This document shows, one piece after another, positions 27,957 through 37,182 of a stretch of DNA of 64,000 bases. The stretch comes from a virus (Duplodnaviria; Heunggongvirae; Uroviricota; Caudoviricetes). Every line of letters starts with the position of its first letter. The stretch's first letter is position 1. Location of the stretch: IMG/VR virus record IMGVR_UViG_3300005077_000002, positions 64,001-128,000 of that record. The stretch is one strand, 5' to 3'. The translations under genes and the position numbers were made by a program. Under the pieces are notes generated by a model, which saw nothing but the letters and a program-made list of their open reading frames with translations, did not search any database and had not been told where the DNA came from.

Positions 27957-29543
27957 TTATCCGATAACGACTATTGTGGCTGTAGCTGGAGCTGCACTGA
28001 CTTCTATTCTAATAGAATCTACTGATAAAACGGTAACACTATGTGGAAATACCATTGTGGTACCTTCCCATATAGTTACAGCGACTGGATTTGAATTGAG
28101 CCCGTCCAAACTCAAATTATGTGTAAAGTCATATCTATAGAAACCACCACTCAATGTCCAATCTGTGTCTATTAGACTTGCAGTTGCTTTTCGTACTATA
28201 GGCTTGCTACGATCAGGCACCAATGGGGTTATGTCTCCATCACTACCTGTAGACGTAATTGTTCCAGCATACCATGTACTTACGGATGAATCATAGTATA
28301 GTGCACCATGTGGTCTGTGGTCTTCACCGGATGTTTGTCCGGTTTCTACTTCTATACCAGCTTTCTGATGCGGAGCACCAACTCCAATGTTATTGCTGTT
28401 AAGCAGCAAGAAGTTGTCATAAATAGTCAGTGTTTCAGTATTGACCTGGGTTGTTGTGCCCTGAACATACAGATTATTTACAGTTATATTAGCATATGCC
28501 GTATCAGTGGCATTTCGTATTTCCAGATTACCACCAACGTTCTTAAGAAGTGGTCCACCATTATCATTATCAATCTGGAAAGTTGTGCTAGGTGTTCCTG
28601 AGAGATTAGATACTTCACTGGAATATGCCAACTGATTACCATTGAATTGTACTCTGTGTGATGTACCATTTACATTAAGAGCCAAGGTCGGGTCAGCACC
28701 GAAATACACATCATATGCGTACACAGATCCGATGACACGTGTTGCTGTTCCTATTTGGCTCCCACCATCAGATTCAGGTCGAATAGCAATATCAAACAGA
28801 ACTGTTTCGTTGTATAATTCAATATTGGTGTCAGCAGTAATGGCTAGATTACCGTTATTGTTTCCTATAACGGCATCACCAGCCCCAACCGCAGTCAATG
28901 TGAGTGTGGTAGAATGATTTACATCATCGGCTGTAACAGTCAGATAGGAAGTAGCAGCTGTTCTCAAAGCCATGTGATAGTGTGTAGTAAGAGCTACTTC
29001 ATCCAGATATGCTAGATCATGCGCACTTGCAGTATCATACCATTGAACTCTGTTAGCACTTTGCTGCAATCTTAGATTTGTTCCAAAACTAAAATAGGTG
29101 CTGTAAGAATTGGCAAACATGAGTGTTGCGCTACCCATATTGCTGGTGTTATTAACAACCGGCATTAAGTGAATGCCTGACGCAAGTTCTAGTTGTGTCA
29201 GAGCACGTATAGTTCTGCCTGATCCAGCCTCCAGCTCCATCATACCATCATTATTTCTGATTTCCCATGAACCCATACCTCCGTCAAACATGGTCAATAC
29301 ACCGGAGGAGCCATCAGCGCTTAATATAAATGTATGACCACTAGCTGATAGTTGGCTTGGTGGTGTTGTGCTGGCCAAGGTCACCCATTCAGTACCATTA
29401 TTATACCGGATGGTATGATCAGTGCTTAAATATAATACTTTTCCCTCTTCAGCTGGGACCAGGGTAGGTAGTGATGTTCTATAATCAAGCAGCGAATTCT
29501 GGAGTTGATTATTATTTAGGTTAAGATGGCCTAATAATTTCAT
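27957..29543 (-). CDS. Tail fibre/collar-type virion protein
   Basis: N-terminal P....EGKVLYL...RYNNGTEW, GTTTQVNTETLTIYDNFLLLN..AGIEVE and C-terminal THNL module. Confidence 0.7.
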   Translation of the reverse strand: MKLLGHLNLNNNQLQNSLLDYRTSLPTLVPAEEGKVLYLSTDHTIRYNNGTEWVTLASTTPPSQLSASGHTFILSADGSSGVLTMFDGGMGSWEIRNNDGMMELEAGSGRTIRALTQLELASGIHLMPVVNNTSNMGSATLMFANSYSTYFSFGTNLRLQQSANRVQWYDTASAHDLAYLDEVALTTHYHMALRTAATSYLTVTADDVNHSTTLTLTAVGAGDAVIGNNNGNLAITADTNIELYNETVLFDIAIRPESDGGSQIGTATRVIGSVYAYDVYFGADPTLALNVNGTSHRVQFNGNQLAYSSEVSNLSGTPSTTFQIDNDNGGPLLKNVGGNLEIRNATDTAYANITVNNLYVQGTTTQVNTETLTIYDNFLLLNSNNIGVGAPHQKAGIEVETGQTSGEDHRPHGALYYDSSVSTWYAGTITSTGSDGDITPLVPDRSKPIVRKATASLIDTDWTLSGGFYRYDFTHNLSLDGLNSNPVAVTIWEGTTMVFPHSVTVLSVDSIRIEVSAAPATATIVVIG

Positions 29544-29555
29544 TTTATAATTTCC

Positions 29556-29846
29556 TTATTGGCATATTGCCGTACCGCTAACGGCGATTGTAAACGTTAT
29601 TGTTAACTGGTTATCAGAATCGTAATCAATGTCATGTGGTTCTACTATGTCCGTACCATCTTCCAGTACAGTTACGGTAGGTTTTTTATTGAGATTGTGG
29701 GTTATGACCCACTGTGTATTCGGAACAAATTGAGTGAATTCATAATACTTATCTCCTGATGCACTGTTAATTTTGCTTCGCAATGCGGCATCAAGCCTAT
29801 CTTCAGTGATAGTGTCAGGTCTTATTTGTTTGCCATGGATAATCAA
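29556..29846 (-). CDS. Small virion protein with a WVITHNL module
   Basis: TTG start after [35 protein letters not shown] is a common phage tail-associated domain, paralogous to the C-terminus of the next gene. Confidence 0.7.
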   Translation of the reverse strand: MIIHGKQIRPDTITEDRLDAALRSKINSASGDKYYEFTQFVPNTQWVITHNLNKKPTVTVLEDGTDIVEPHDIDYDSDNQLTITFTIAVSGTAICQ

Positions 29847-29929
29847 GATACTTACCTACTTAAATATTTATACTGAACAAATTAATGATGTAGTTACCAT
29901 CTATTAATCCGGAGTTAATCCAGCATTAA

Positions 29930-29941
29930 TAGTTATGTCAA
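29930..29941 (-). promoter_or_regulatory. Variant copy TTGACATAACTA of the recurrent motif, upstream of the fibre gene cluster
   Basis: 11/12 match, in a 98-nt intergenic gap. A TATAAATA also lies downstream on the - strand (29865-29872). Confidence 0.5.
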
Positions 29942-29944
29942 TGG

Positions 29945-30424
29945 TTACTTTGTTTTAATTCGCTTTGACTTATTTCTTGGTGGTTTACGACGCTTTCTGG
30001 TGGTATTCTTTGCGAATGTTTTCATGGCTTTTTCTATATCGTCGTTAGTAACTTTTATGCCAATGCAATTAAGTGCTTCAGCGACATTGTTTACGGTAAC
30101 TGGTTTTGTAAAGTGCCAGGCGTAGTAGTTAAAACCTTTTGATTTCAAAAGAGTGCGTTTTAATTCATCACGCTTTTGCTGATCTTCGAAGTCCTGATAT
30201 GTAGTATGGAATTGATTTGGAAAGAAATAGTGCTGCCGGCCCTGGTATTCAATAGCTAGTTTGTATTTTGGAATATAGATATCCACATACATATTGCGGC
30301 CACTGTCGGATAAAAGCCATTTCCAGGTGGCTTCCAGGATTACCTGGCAACCACCCAGTAAGGCTTGAGTGATGAGGGCCAATTGTTTTTGGCCTGATGA
30401 CACATTTTTAGGATTAGACCCCAT
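29945..30424 (-). CDS. Vsr/DUF559-like PD-(D/E)XK endonuclease
   Basis: VDIYIPKYKLAIEYQGRQHY...QKRDELKR and a basic C-terminal tail. Confidence 0.75.
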   Translation of the reverse strand: MGSNPKNVSSGQKQLALITQALLGGCQVILEATWKWLLSDSGRNMYVDIYIPKYKLAIEYQGRQHYFFPNQFHTTYQDFEDQQKRDELKRTLLKSKGFNYYAWHFTKPVTVNNVAEALNCIGIKVTNDDIEKAMKTFAKNTTRKRRKPPRNKSKRIKTK

Positions 30425-31250
30425 CGTCTAATTGTCCAAGATCTATCCCGGACTCCGGTGTGTGCATTGATGTGTCATCATATTGGTTCTCATCTATTAC
30501 AAGATTGTGAGGACTTGGTCTGTCCTTGTGGTAAATTTTGACTATATACGATACCAGTTCATGCCGTACGATATCTTTTTCTTCCATTTGGCACATGTAT
30601 ACTCTGGGATTTGGATTATCCTGGAATCTGGGCACACAGTCAAGCAGTCCAGAATCATGCTGGTAAATGTCCAGCTGATCCGGATCGCCGCATACTACGA
30701 CTTTCGAGTTTTGGGCTATACGCGTAAGCACCAAAAAGATCTGTTCTTTGTTTGTGTTCTGAGCTTCGTCGAGAATAACGAAGGCATTATCAAAGTTACG
30801 ACCGCGCAAGAAAGCGATCGGTATAACTTCGATAACTTGCTTTTGCATTAAATGATTGAATTCTTCTTTGCCAACCAGTTTAATAATGTGTTCATACACA
30901 GGGGCCACGAAATAGGCCATCTTATCGTCCACGGATCCAGGCAGGAATCCTACTTCTTCCTGGGCTGTAACGGCCGGCCGTATAACAATAATCTTATTAA
31001 TAGGACTTTGCCTATTGTACACGCATCGAAGTGCTGCTACGGTAGCCAAGAAAGTCTTGCCAGTTCCAGTCGGACCTATCACGAATGATATATCATGATT
31101 CATCACGTTCTTTATGATGCGCAGTTGTCTAACCGAACGTGGCTCGAACTTAAGACGATATCCAGATCCTGCAGTAGGATTGGGATTCTGTTTCTGCTCT
31201 GTCTCTGCTAATTCAATCTCCTGTTTCTTACGTCTCTTACTTGATGCCAT
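30414..31250 (-). CDS. phoH: PhoH-family ATPase
   Basis: GPTGTGKT, RPAV..EEVGFLPG, IAFLRGRNF, ILDEAQN and GDPDQLD. Confidence 0.95.
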   Translation of the reverse strand: MASSKRRKKQEIELAETEQKQNPNPTAGSGYRLKFEPRSVRQLRIIKNVMNHDISFVIGPTGTGKTFLATVAALRCVYNRQSPINKIIVIRPAVTAQEEVGFLPGSVDDKMAYFVAPVYEHIIKLVGKEEFNHLMQKQVIEVIPIAFLRGRNFDNAFVILDEAQNTNKEQIFLVLTRIAQNSKVVVCGDPDQLDIYQHDSGLLDCVPRFQDNPNPRVYMCQMEEKDIVRHELVSYIVKIYHKDRPSPHNLVIDENQYDDTSMHTPESGIDLGQLDDGV

Positions 31251-31821
31251 AAGTATTCCTTTTGATCCTATCTATACTTTGGTAGACTATACCGGGTATT
31301 CCTTTACCGGCAATTTCGGGAGTGAGTCCCTTATCAATCAGATCTCCATGAATGGTTGCTCTGAATCTAATCATATCAAAATCAGCCGGATCTACTTTTC
31401 TGCCTGGTGCTATTTCTTTGTGCCCGACTACCTGGAGAACAGGTATCTTGTATTTAATAACTAGATCAACAGACAGGGCTATAAGAGATTGCATTTGTTG
31501 CGAAGTATATCCGTCATTTTTGAATTCGAGCTCAATGCCTAATGACCTGCGGTTAAGGCTTTTCTCTTCTTGTGAAATAGTTCCATCATGATTATAATCA
31601 AATTCCGACAAACCAGCATGCCAGGCGGAATACTTATCATCCACCAGCTGGTACACGGTTCCATCCTTTACGATCAAATAATGTGCGCTTACCTTTGATT
31701 TCTCGTTACACATCCAGTCCAAACATCCTGGCATAAGTCCACCGGTGTGATGAATTACCAGGGTGTCAATCACAATGCCATTACGATTGTTGTAATTAGG
31801 GCTTTTGAATTTAGTTACCAT
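31237..31821 (-). CDS. Endolysin, N-acetylmuramoyl-L-alanine amidase (Amidase_2/AmpD-like)
   Basis: SPNYN.R, LVIHHT, VSAHYLI, AWHAG, SLGIELE, VGHKEIAPGRKVDP. Confidence 0.92.
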   Translation of the reverse strand: MVTKFKSPNYNNRNGIVIDTLVIHHTGGLMPGCLDWMCNEKSKVSAHYLIVKDGTVYQLVDDKYSAWHAGLSEFDYNHDGTISQEEKSLNRRSLGIELEFKNDGYTSQQMQSLIALSVDLVIKYKIPVLQVVGHKEIAPGRKVDPADFDMIRFRATIHGDLIDKGLTPEIAGKGIPGIVYQSIDRIKRNTYGIK

Positions 31822-32543
31822 ATCTTAACTCCTACACCTGCTTTAACCTTTGAGTCTGTTTCTGTTACGGAAACAGCTACGAATGGATATACTTTCCATA
31901 TCCTTACACTGGTTTTAAGTCCAAGCTCATGGGGCCATGCGTATGATAGCATTACGTCCGGATGCAAGTTCATTAGTGGTGGTTTGTATTCGCGTACAAT
32001 CAAATCAACATCTTTGATTTTCCATAAACCGGAATGGGTATCCATAAAAGCTGTCCATACGTGAGTATCAGATTCAGTCAGTACGACTTCAGGGCGAAAT
32101 ATTAATCTGATATCCGTGAAAGATAAATTATATGGGTCAGCGGTTTGAAACATTCCGGACAGGTATAGTTCTTCTGGAACGGCCCATACTTTGAACTGAC
32201 GCATATGGACCGTATCATTAGACACACTGTCTATAAATACAGTGTCTGTAGTAGCAATAGCATCAAGCTTAGTTCGATATTCGGCTATTATTTTCAAATA
32301 GGCGCGTTCATCATCTTTTTGCTTATTCACCAAATTAGCCAATTCGCGATTCGCGATTCGCAATACGGACACTTCTTCAGTTGATATTTTGTATCTTACA
32401 CTGTCAACTTGTCTTAGAGAATCCAATGTTTCCAGCTTATGTTCATAATTGGATTGTATATTAAAGTACGTGTGAGCCGCAAAATATAACGCAGTACTTA
32501 CAACTGAAATAATAATTGCTACACTGATGATTTGACGAATCAT
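31815..32543 (-). CDS. Candidate spanin: N-terminal TM, coiled coil and C-terminal amphipathic beta-strands ending in Trp
   Basis: Sits between holin-like genes and the endolysin. TM residues about 4-24, heptad region about 30-95, terminal KVKAGVGVKIW. Confidence 0.55.
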   Translation of the reverse strand: MIRQIISVAIIISVVSTALYFAAHTYFNIQSNYEHKLETLDSLRQVDSVRYKISTEEVSVLRIANRELANLVNKQKDDERAYLKIIAEYRTKLDAIATTDTVFIDSVSNDTVHMRQFKVWAVPEELYLSGMFQTADPYNLSFTDIRLIFRPEVVLTESDTHVWTAFMDTHSGLWKIKDVDLIVREYKPPLMNLHPDVMLSYAWPHELGLKTSVRIWKVYPFVAVSVTETDSKVKAGVGVKIW

Positions 32544-32827
32544 TATAATACCTGGTTTATCTTTTCTTCGGCTTTATTAAATATGGAATCAGCAATGTAG
32601 CCGGCTCCTATAGCCGTCATTGGATCCAATTTATGTAGCCAGGCCAGTACGACAAATGCGATGATACTGCCAGTTACTGCCGCGATGGTATCCACCAGAT
32701 TGGTTTTGAAATAACTTATTATATCGTGGCTGGTCTGACCTTTGAATTTGCGTTTCGAAAAATGTCCGAGTACGCCGGCCAGCATTAACAGAAATAATCC
32801 TACAAATTGTAAAATAGTGTAATGCAT
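32543..32827 (-). CDS. Holin-like small membrane protein (2-3 TM)
   Basis: 94 aa, hydrophobic helices and a charged C-terminus; lies in the lysis cluster. Confidence 0.55.
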   Translation of the reverse strand: MHYTILQFVGLFLLMLAGVLGHFSKRKFKGQTSHDIISYFKTNLVDTIAAVTGSIIAFVVLAWLHKLDPMTAIGAGYIADSIFNKAEEKINQVL

Positions 32828-32831
32828 ACTA

Positions 32832-33476
32832 TTAGACTCCTATTTTGTACATTTCCTTTGTAACAGCTGCGTTGAACTCAAAAAACGCATCCAGTATCTT
32901 TTTGCGCCTGGTGGATAACCAGCTGAATTGATTCGTACTTGCTGTTTCGACCTTAGCGAAAAACTCATCAAGATGATTGGCATACGTTTCTATAAATGGT
33001 ATAGCCTGTTGTTGATCCACTGCTTTGAATGCTTCTAGCAGGGATTTAGAATATGTTTCAACATAATTACCGTAAGCATGGCGTAAATTGTTAATTTCTT
33101 TGTATACATCTACAAATCTGCTGTATATCAATGGCGATTGCAGCAGGTATTCTCGGGCCCATACAGTATCCAACATAATCAGCACACGTGCCGTTAGTCT
33201 TAAGAAATCTTTAGGCAAGGCCATCATATCTTCAAATTCATGTTCATCGAGTTTCTGCAGAATAGTGCGGTAAATCATTCTTGGATGAGATTCGTGTATG
33301 ATTCTAACACCAACTTGCACGAGTATCGATAGCATCAATCTGGTAATTATGTATCCGATGATGTCCTGTACTGAAGCTAATTCTGGCTGCTCAAAGTAAT
33401 AAAACATATAGAATATGGCTGCGGTGTATACTGCAAAACATATTCCATTCCAGAGTGTGGCAAGTCTAGTCTTCAT
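32832..33476 (-). CDS. Two-TM protein with a large soluble helical domain, unknown role in the lysis cluster
   Basis: ATG 33476 (MKTRL) follows AAGGA and overlaps the upstream gene end; the track start at 33509 is probably too long. Confidence 0.6.
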   Translation of the reverse strand: MKTRLATLWNGICFAVYTAAIFYMFYYFEQPELASVQDIIGYIITRLMLSILVQVGVRIIHESHPRMIYRTILQKLDEHEFEDMMALPKDFLRLTARVLIMLDTVWAREYLLQSPLIYSRFVDVYKEINNLRHAYGNYVETYSKSLLEAFKAVDQQQAIPFIETYANHLDEFFAKVETASTNQFSWLSTRRKKILDAFFEFNAAVTKEMYKIGV

Positions 33477-33891
33477 AATAATCACTGTCCTTACGCTTAA
33501 CAGATTCATTGATCTTTATCTTTGTTGTTCGTTGAACTATATTGATGATGTTGTCAAGTACATCCTTGATAGCACCATCTTTGAAACTGTCCTTCATTTG
33601 TTGCAGGATAGCGAGTATCTCTATGGAATACACAACGGCCTCCATCGGAAGCTTCATGTCCATATAAATTGTCATTATGTTGCCTATGGCTATCAACATA
33701 AAATATACAATAAATCTTTGGATTGTTCTTACTATGGAGTTCCATATCGTTATGACTATTTTTCTCGAATTTCTGTTTCTTACAGGTATGGTTAGGAATG
33801 CCGATAATTCCAGTATTATGGACATGATAAACAGAATAAGAAACAGTTCCAGATGAGGAATTAAGAGAATTGTTAAGATTCGGTCTAACAT
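33466..33891 (-). CDS. Holin-like protein resembling the Phage_holin_4_1/TcdE-type pattern
   Basis: Three hydrophobic segments, VVYSIEILAILQQMKD (cf. E..SI.EN motif) and a highly charged C-terminal tail. Confidence 0.55.
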   Translation of the reverse strand: MLDRILTILLIPHLELFLILFIMSIILELSAFLTIPVRNRNSRKIVITIWNSIVRTIQRFIVYFMLIAIGNIMTIYMDMKLPMEAVVYSIEILAILQQMKDSFKDGAIKDVLDNIINIVQRTTKIKINESVKRKDSDYYED

Positions 33892-33913
33892 ATTGTTTTC
33901 TCATTTGGTTGCC

Positions 33914-34720
33914 CTATGGCAAATAATATAGAAACTCTACAGTATCAGTTGTACCTAAACTAAAATCAGTACTGATCCATGTTACCACATCAGTGCTCAC
34001 AGTATAGTCAACCAATCGTCTTTGTTTAATTCCATTTACACGCATCTCCACGGTATCGGCGTTTGGAGTATTGCTTAGTGTAAACTCAGTTTGTTCGGCT
34101 GTAGGTGTATGAAATTCCTGTTCACTTACACCTGGGACGCCGCCGTCAACTAGTGTATCCCCGGAATACCTGTAAACAATCAGATAGTAGCCAGTGGCTG
34201 AGTAGTCTATGTCAGCTTTATCAGCAGTGTATAGATAACCGCCGCTGTCTATTTGCCAGTATACTCCAGATATTGGTGATACCGGTGATCCTAATTCAGT
34301 GCCTGACCACTTCCATATTCTGGGCTGAAAATGATTGCCAAAAGCAGTTGTAATAAGTTGGTTACAACGAACGGCATCATTGTCAAATATATCGAAAGAG
34401 TAATCTTCAGTTCCGGCATTGGCTGTGCACTTTACGAGAATTTGTTTTATGTTAAAATCTGGATGGTCTATTTCATAGTAATCCCGCGGAGCACCAAGAT
34501 TATTTATGTCAATTTCAAATAGGGTCCATAGACTGGTATCCTGATTGACGAGTTCGCCAGACGTAGGTAAAGGATCCAACCATACTGATCCAGCGGAAAC
34601 TAATATAGGACTTACGGGCTCCTGAGCAGGAAAGGTTTTGGTATTGGTTAGTACCTTGCCTTGTACCTTTTTCAGGGCCGACTGGCTGTCTACGACGTCA
34701 CTCTGTGTACCATATATCAT
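33914..34720 (-). CDS. Virion structural protein with a C-terminal VNG..Q...DY module
   Basis: EFTLSNTP..DTVEMRVNGIKQRRLVDYTV; located in the late operon. Confidence 0.6.
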   Translation of the reverse strand: MIYGTQSDVVDSQSALKKVQGKVLTNTKTFPAQEPVSPILVSAGSVWLDPLPTSGELVNQDTSLWTLFEIDINNLGAPRDYYEIDHPDFNIKQILVKCTANAGTEDYSFDIFDNDAVRCNQLITTAFGNHFQPRIWKWSGTELGSPVSPISGVYWQIDSGGYLYTADKADIDYSATGYYLIVYRYSGDTLVDGGVPGVSEQEFHTPTAEQTEFTLSNTPNADTVEMRVNGIKQRRLVDYTVSTDVVTWISTDFSLGTTDTVEFLYYLP

Positions 34721-34722
34721 AA

Positions 34723-36576
34723 CTAATAAAGAGTCGAAACTGAGATGTTACCAATTGTAACATCGTTTTGAGCCGATTCGAAGATCGTGATTCTTACTAA
34801 TATAGCGTTTGCTGATCCACCATTAGCAAAATTGTATCCAAAGAAAAATCCAAATAAACCATTTGTTCCGTCACCGGCAGCACGATACCAGCAGCCATCG
34901 CCGTCATCGTCCACTGGATTAAAATATTCAAGGCCCAGGTCACCCCAGCCTGTTACTCCAGGGATACATAATTCAACTTTTACCCTTCCGGTAGATATGT
35001 CACTGGCGGTAATACCTTGAATGGTAATTTTTCCACCAGCTTCCGCAGGACTAAACCCATTAAAAGCTCTACCGTAAACACGGTCACCAGTATAGCTGGA
35101 ATAGTCAGGACCGGTGGGTGAAGTGTTGACATAGTTGGAAACAGGATAAATGAGATAACCTGGCATGATCTGCAACTCACCAACAGCCAATACAACATTG
35201 CTGCTGAATTGATTTTGTGGCAGGCTGGTCATCAATGATGCTTTATAAGTATCTAACTGAGCTGCCGGTATACGGTATGTTTCGCCATAATGATCTTCAC
35301 TGGTACCATTGGCCGTGCTTGATCCAAACATGAATCTGATTGGAGTTGTACTATTTACTGTAACAGCATTAGCATTGCGGGCTGGATTGTTACTGTCTAC
35401 ATCCAGGGTTAAGCCGGCATCCGAAACATAGTATTTACTACTGCGGCTGGTGGTAACCGTTCTGGATATATTCACATACTCACCTGGAACAGGATTAGGC
35501 GTGGAATATCCTGAACCTTCAGAATATAATAAATCTTCTGTAATGCCTAATGCTGAGTTTGTTATGTGAAATGCATCTACAGCTGGATAAGACCCGCCGA
35601 AGAAGTATGAAGCTCTGAACGATACACTAAGGGATGTGCCTGAACCAGCGTACGGAACACCGGAGAGGTATCTGGTATTGCTGGCGGATTGCATGGTTAG
35701 TGTTTGATTTACTATCGATACTACTGTGGTATATACATCATAGAATACGATGGACTCGGCGTAACCTATCAATGAATTGTCATCGGCTCTATGTTCAATT
35801 CTTATAGTGTTTGAGCCGTATCTCATATTTGTGGTTGTCACGGTTATATTAGCTTCACCGCGAGTGTACCCGGCCGGTATATCAAACCATGGTGTTTCAA
35901 AGAAATTGGAATGTTTTTCAAGTACTGAGATGCGTATGCCTGAAGCCGGGTAACCCGATGACGGAGGATTTGTTCCAGGGGTGCCATCCGGACTGTAATC
36001 AGACATATACACGGTTGTCATCACACTCTCGTTGACAATTAATTGTAATGAGCCTGTGTTAGCGCTGGCGAATTCTATATTGCCACCGACGTGTTTATTG
36101 ACATTGCCAAATACTATATTGGAGTAGTCGCCTCCTACCACATGACCATCATAGGTATAACCCTGACCAGTTCCATTAGCTATGCGGCCTAAGTACTGGG
36201 ATGACACTATAGTGCCCACAGAAAGAGGATCAAAAGTTGCCGGCAGCATTTTTAGTAGCAGATCCAGGGTAGCAGATACATCACGATTTAGATTATTCTT
36301 ATCTTTATCGTATATTTTACCTTCTACATCCAGGTTGCCAGCGACCTGTCCACCTGCTGAACTAAGGTATGCTGAATCATGATTATGTTCGACGAACTCA
36401 TCCTGATCAGCGTATCTGCCATCATGGTTATGTACATCGTAATCAGATTTGAATTGCGATACATCAACACCATCGACATTACCTTGTGTCTGTACGCTGT
36501 CAACAGTAATAGCACCATGTACTATACTATCGCCATCTATCTCTACGCCACTTTGGAATGGTATTTTTTCAGCCAA
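34723..36576 (-). CDS. Virion structural/fibre-like protein
   Basis: TTG start after GAGGA; HNHDGRY/HNHDSAY repeats; Ser/Thr/Gly-rich beta composition. Confidence 0.65.
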   Translation of the reverse strand: MAEKIPFQSGVEIDGDSIVHGAITVDSVQTQGNVDGVDVSQFKSDYDVHNHDGRYADQDEFVEHNHDSAYLSSAGGQVAGNLDVEGKIYDKDKNNLNRDVSATLDLLLKMLPATFDPLSVGTIVSSQYLGRIANGTGQGYTYDGHVVGGDYSNIVFGNVNKHVGGNIEFASANTGSLQLIVNESVMTTVYMSDYSPDGTPGTNPPSSGYPASGIRISVLEKHSNFFETPWFDIPAGYTRGEANITVTTTNMRYGSNTIRIEHRADDNSLIGYAESIVFYDVYTTVVSIVNQTLTMQSASNTRYLSGVPYAGSGTSLSVSFRASYFFGGSYPAVDAFHITNSALGITEDLLYSEGSGYSTPNPVPGEYVNISRTVTTSRSSKYYVSDAGLTLDVDSNNPARNANAVTVNSTTPIRFMFGSSTANGTSEDHYGETYRIPAAQLDTYKASLMTSLPQNQFSSNVVLAVGELQIMPGYLIYPVSNYVNTSPTGPDYSSYTGDRVYGRAFNGFSPAEAGGKITIQGITASDISTGRVKVELCIPGVTGWGDLGLEYFNPVDDDGDGCWYRAAGDGTNGLFGFFFGYNFANGGSANAILVRITIFESAQNDVTIGNISVSTLY

Positions 36577-36599
36577 CTAATAGTCCTCACTTTACATCA

Positions 36600-36611
36600 T
36601 AGATATGTCAA
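36600..36611 (-). promoter_or_regulatory. Recurrent motif TTGACATATCTA
   Basis: Intergenic, exactly 23 nt before the start codon at 36576. Confidence 0.6.
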
Positions 36612-36619
36612 AGGATAGA

Positions 36620-37177
36620 CTATGTGGCTGGAATATAATAAGCTCTCAGAGTGCTATTAAAGTCAGGAATGGTATCTGAATACAGGTTAACATGAGCAGG
36701 TTCAACACCTTGCTGGTCTACTAATTCAGTATAAAAATATACAGCACTGGTGTCATCGGATACGGTACACAAAAACACCTGATCGTTGCTGGCCAGATTA
36801 ACTGTGGCTATGTACCAATCTACGTTAAAGGAGAAGTGGGCCGGCAACACGCTGTGTACTTCAGTGGTTACCAGTGACGCAGGGAATGCTAAAAAACAAA
36901 CAGTAGTCGAAGGCCGGTTGGTAATATGTAAAGTTGTTATAGGAGTTGTCCAGGTAACCGCATTGTGTACCACTACACCGGTTGCCATGAAATAGGAAAT
37001 AAATACTATATCATTATAAGAAGCAAGTTTGTTATGAGTACTGTATACAAACTCGTCATTGCCGTTGGCCCAGTATTCCGGTAGTATTTCCAGATATATG
37101 AAAGGAATATTGCCAAAGAGTTGTTGCTGTAGGAAGTTATAATTAATAGCAACTCCGCGTGGGCGCATGGGTTGCAT
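36620..37177 (-). CDS. Hypothetical virion protein
   Basis: 185 aa, collinear with the late operon. Confidence 0.6.
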   Translation of the reverse strand: MQPMRPRGVAINYNFLQQQLFGNIPFIYLEILPEYWANGNDEFVYSTHNKLASYNDIVFISYFMATGVVVHNAVTWTTPITTLHITNRPSTTVCFLAFPASLVTTEVHSVLPAHFSFNVDWYIATVNLASNDQVFLCTVSDDTSAVYFYTELVDQQGVEPAHVNLYSDTIPDFNSTLRAYYIPAT

Positions 37178-37182
37178 AATTA

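Noticed and set aside
29865-29872. T4-type late promoter TATAAATA
   Set aside because: Single well-placed copy in an AT-rich gap; not seen before other late genes, so it is unsupported as a system.
33554-33904. Same-strand overlapping 116-aa ORF in the holin-like gene as an embedded lysis gene
   Set aside because: No lipobox or TM pattern and no clear RBS; treated as a chance alternative frame.
36600-36611. TTGACA in the recurrent motif as an ordinary sigma70 -35 box
   Set aside because: The hexamer 17 nt downstream is GAGGAC here and GAACAA at 55488; neither is a -10, and both fall on the RBS.
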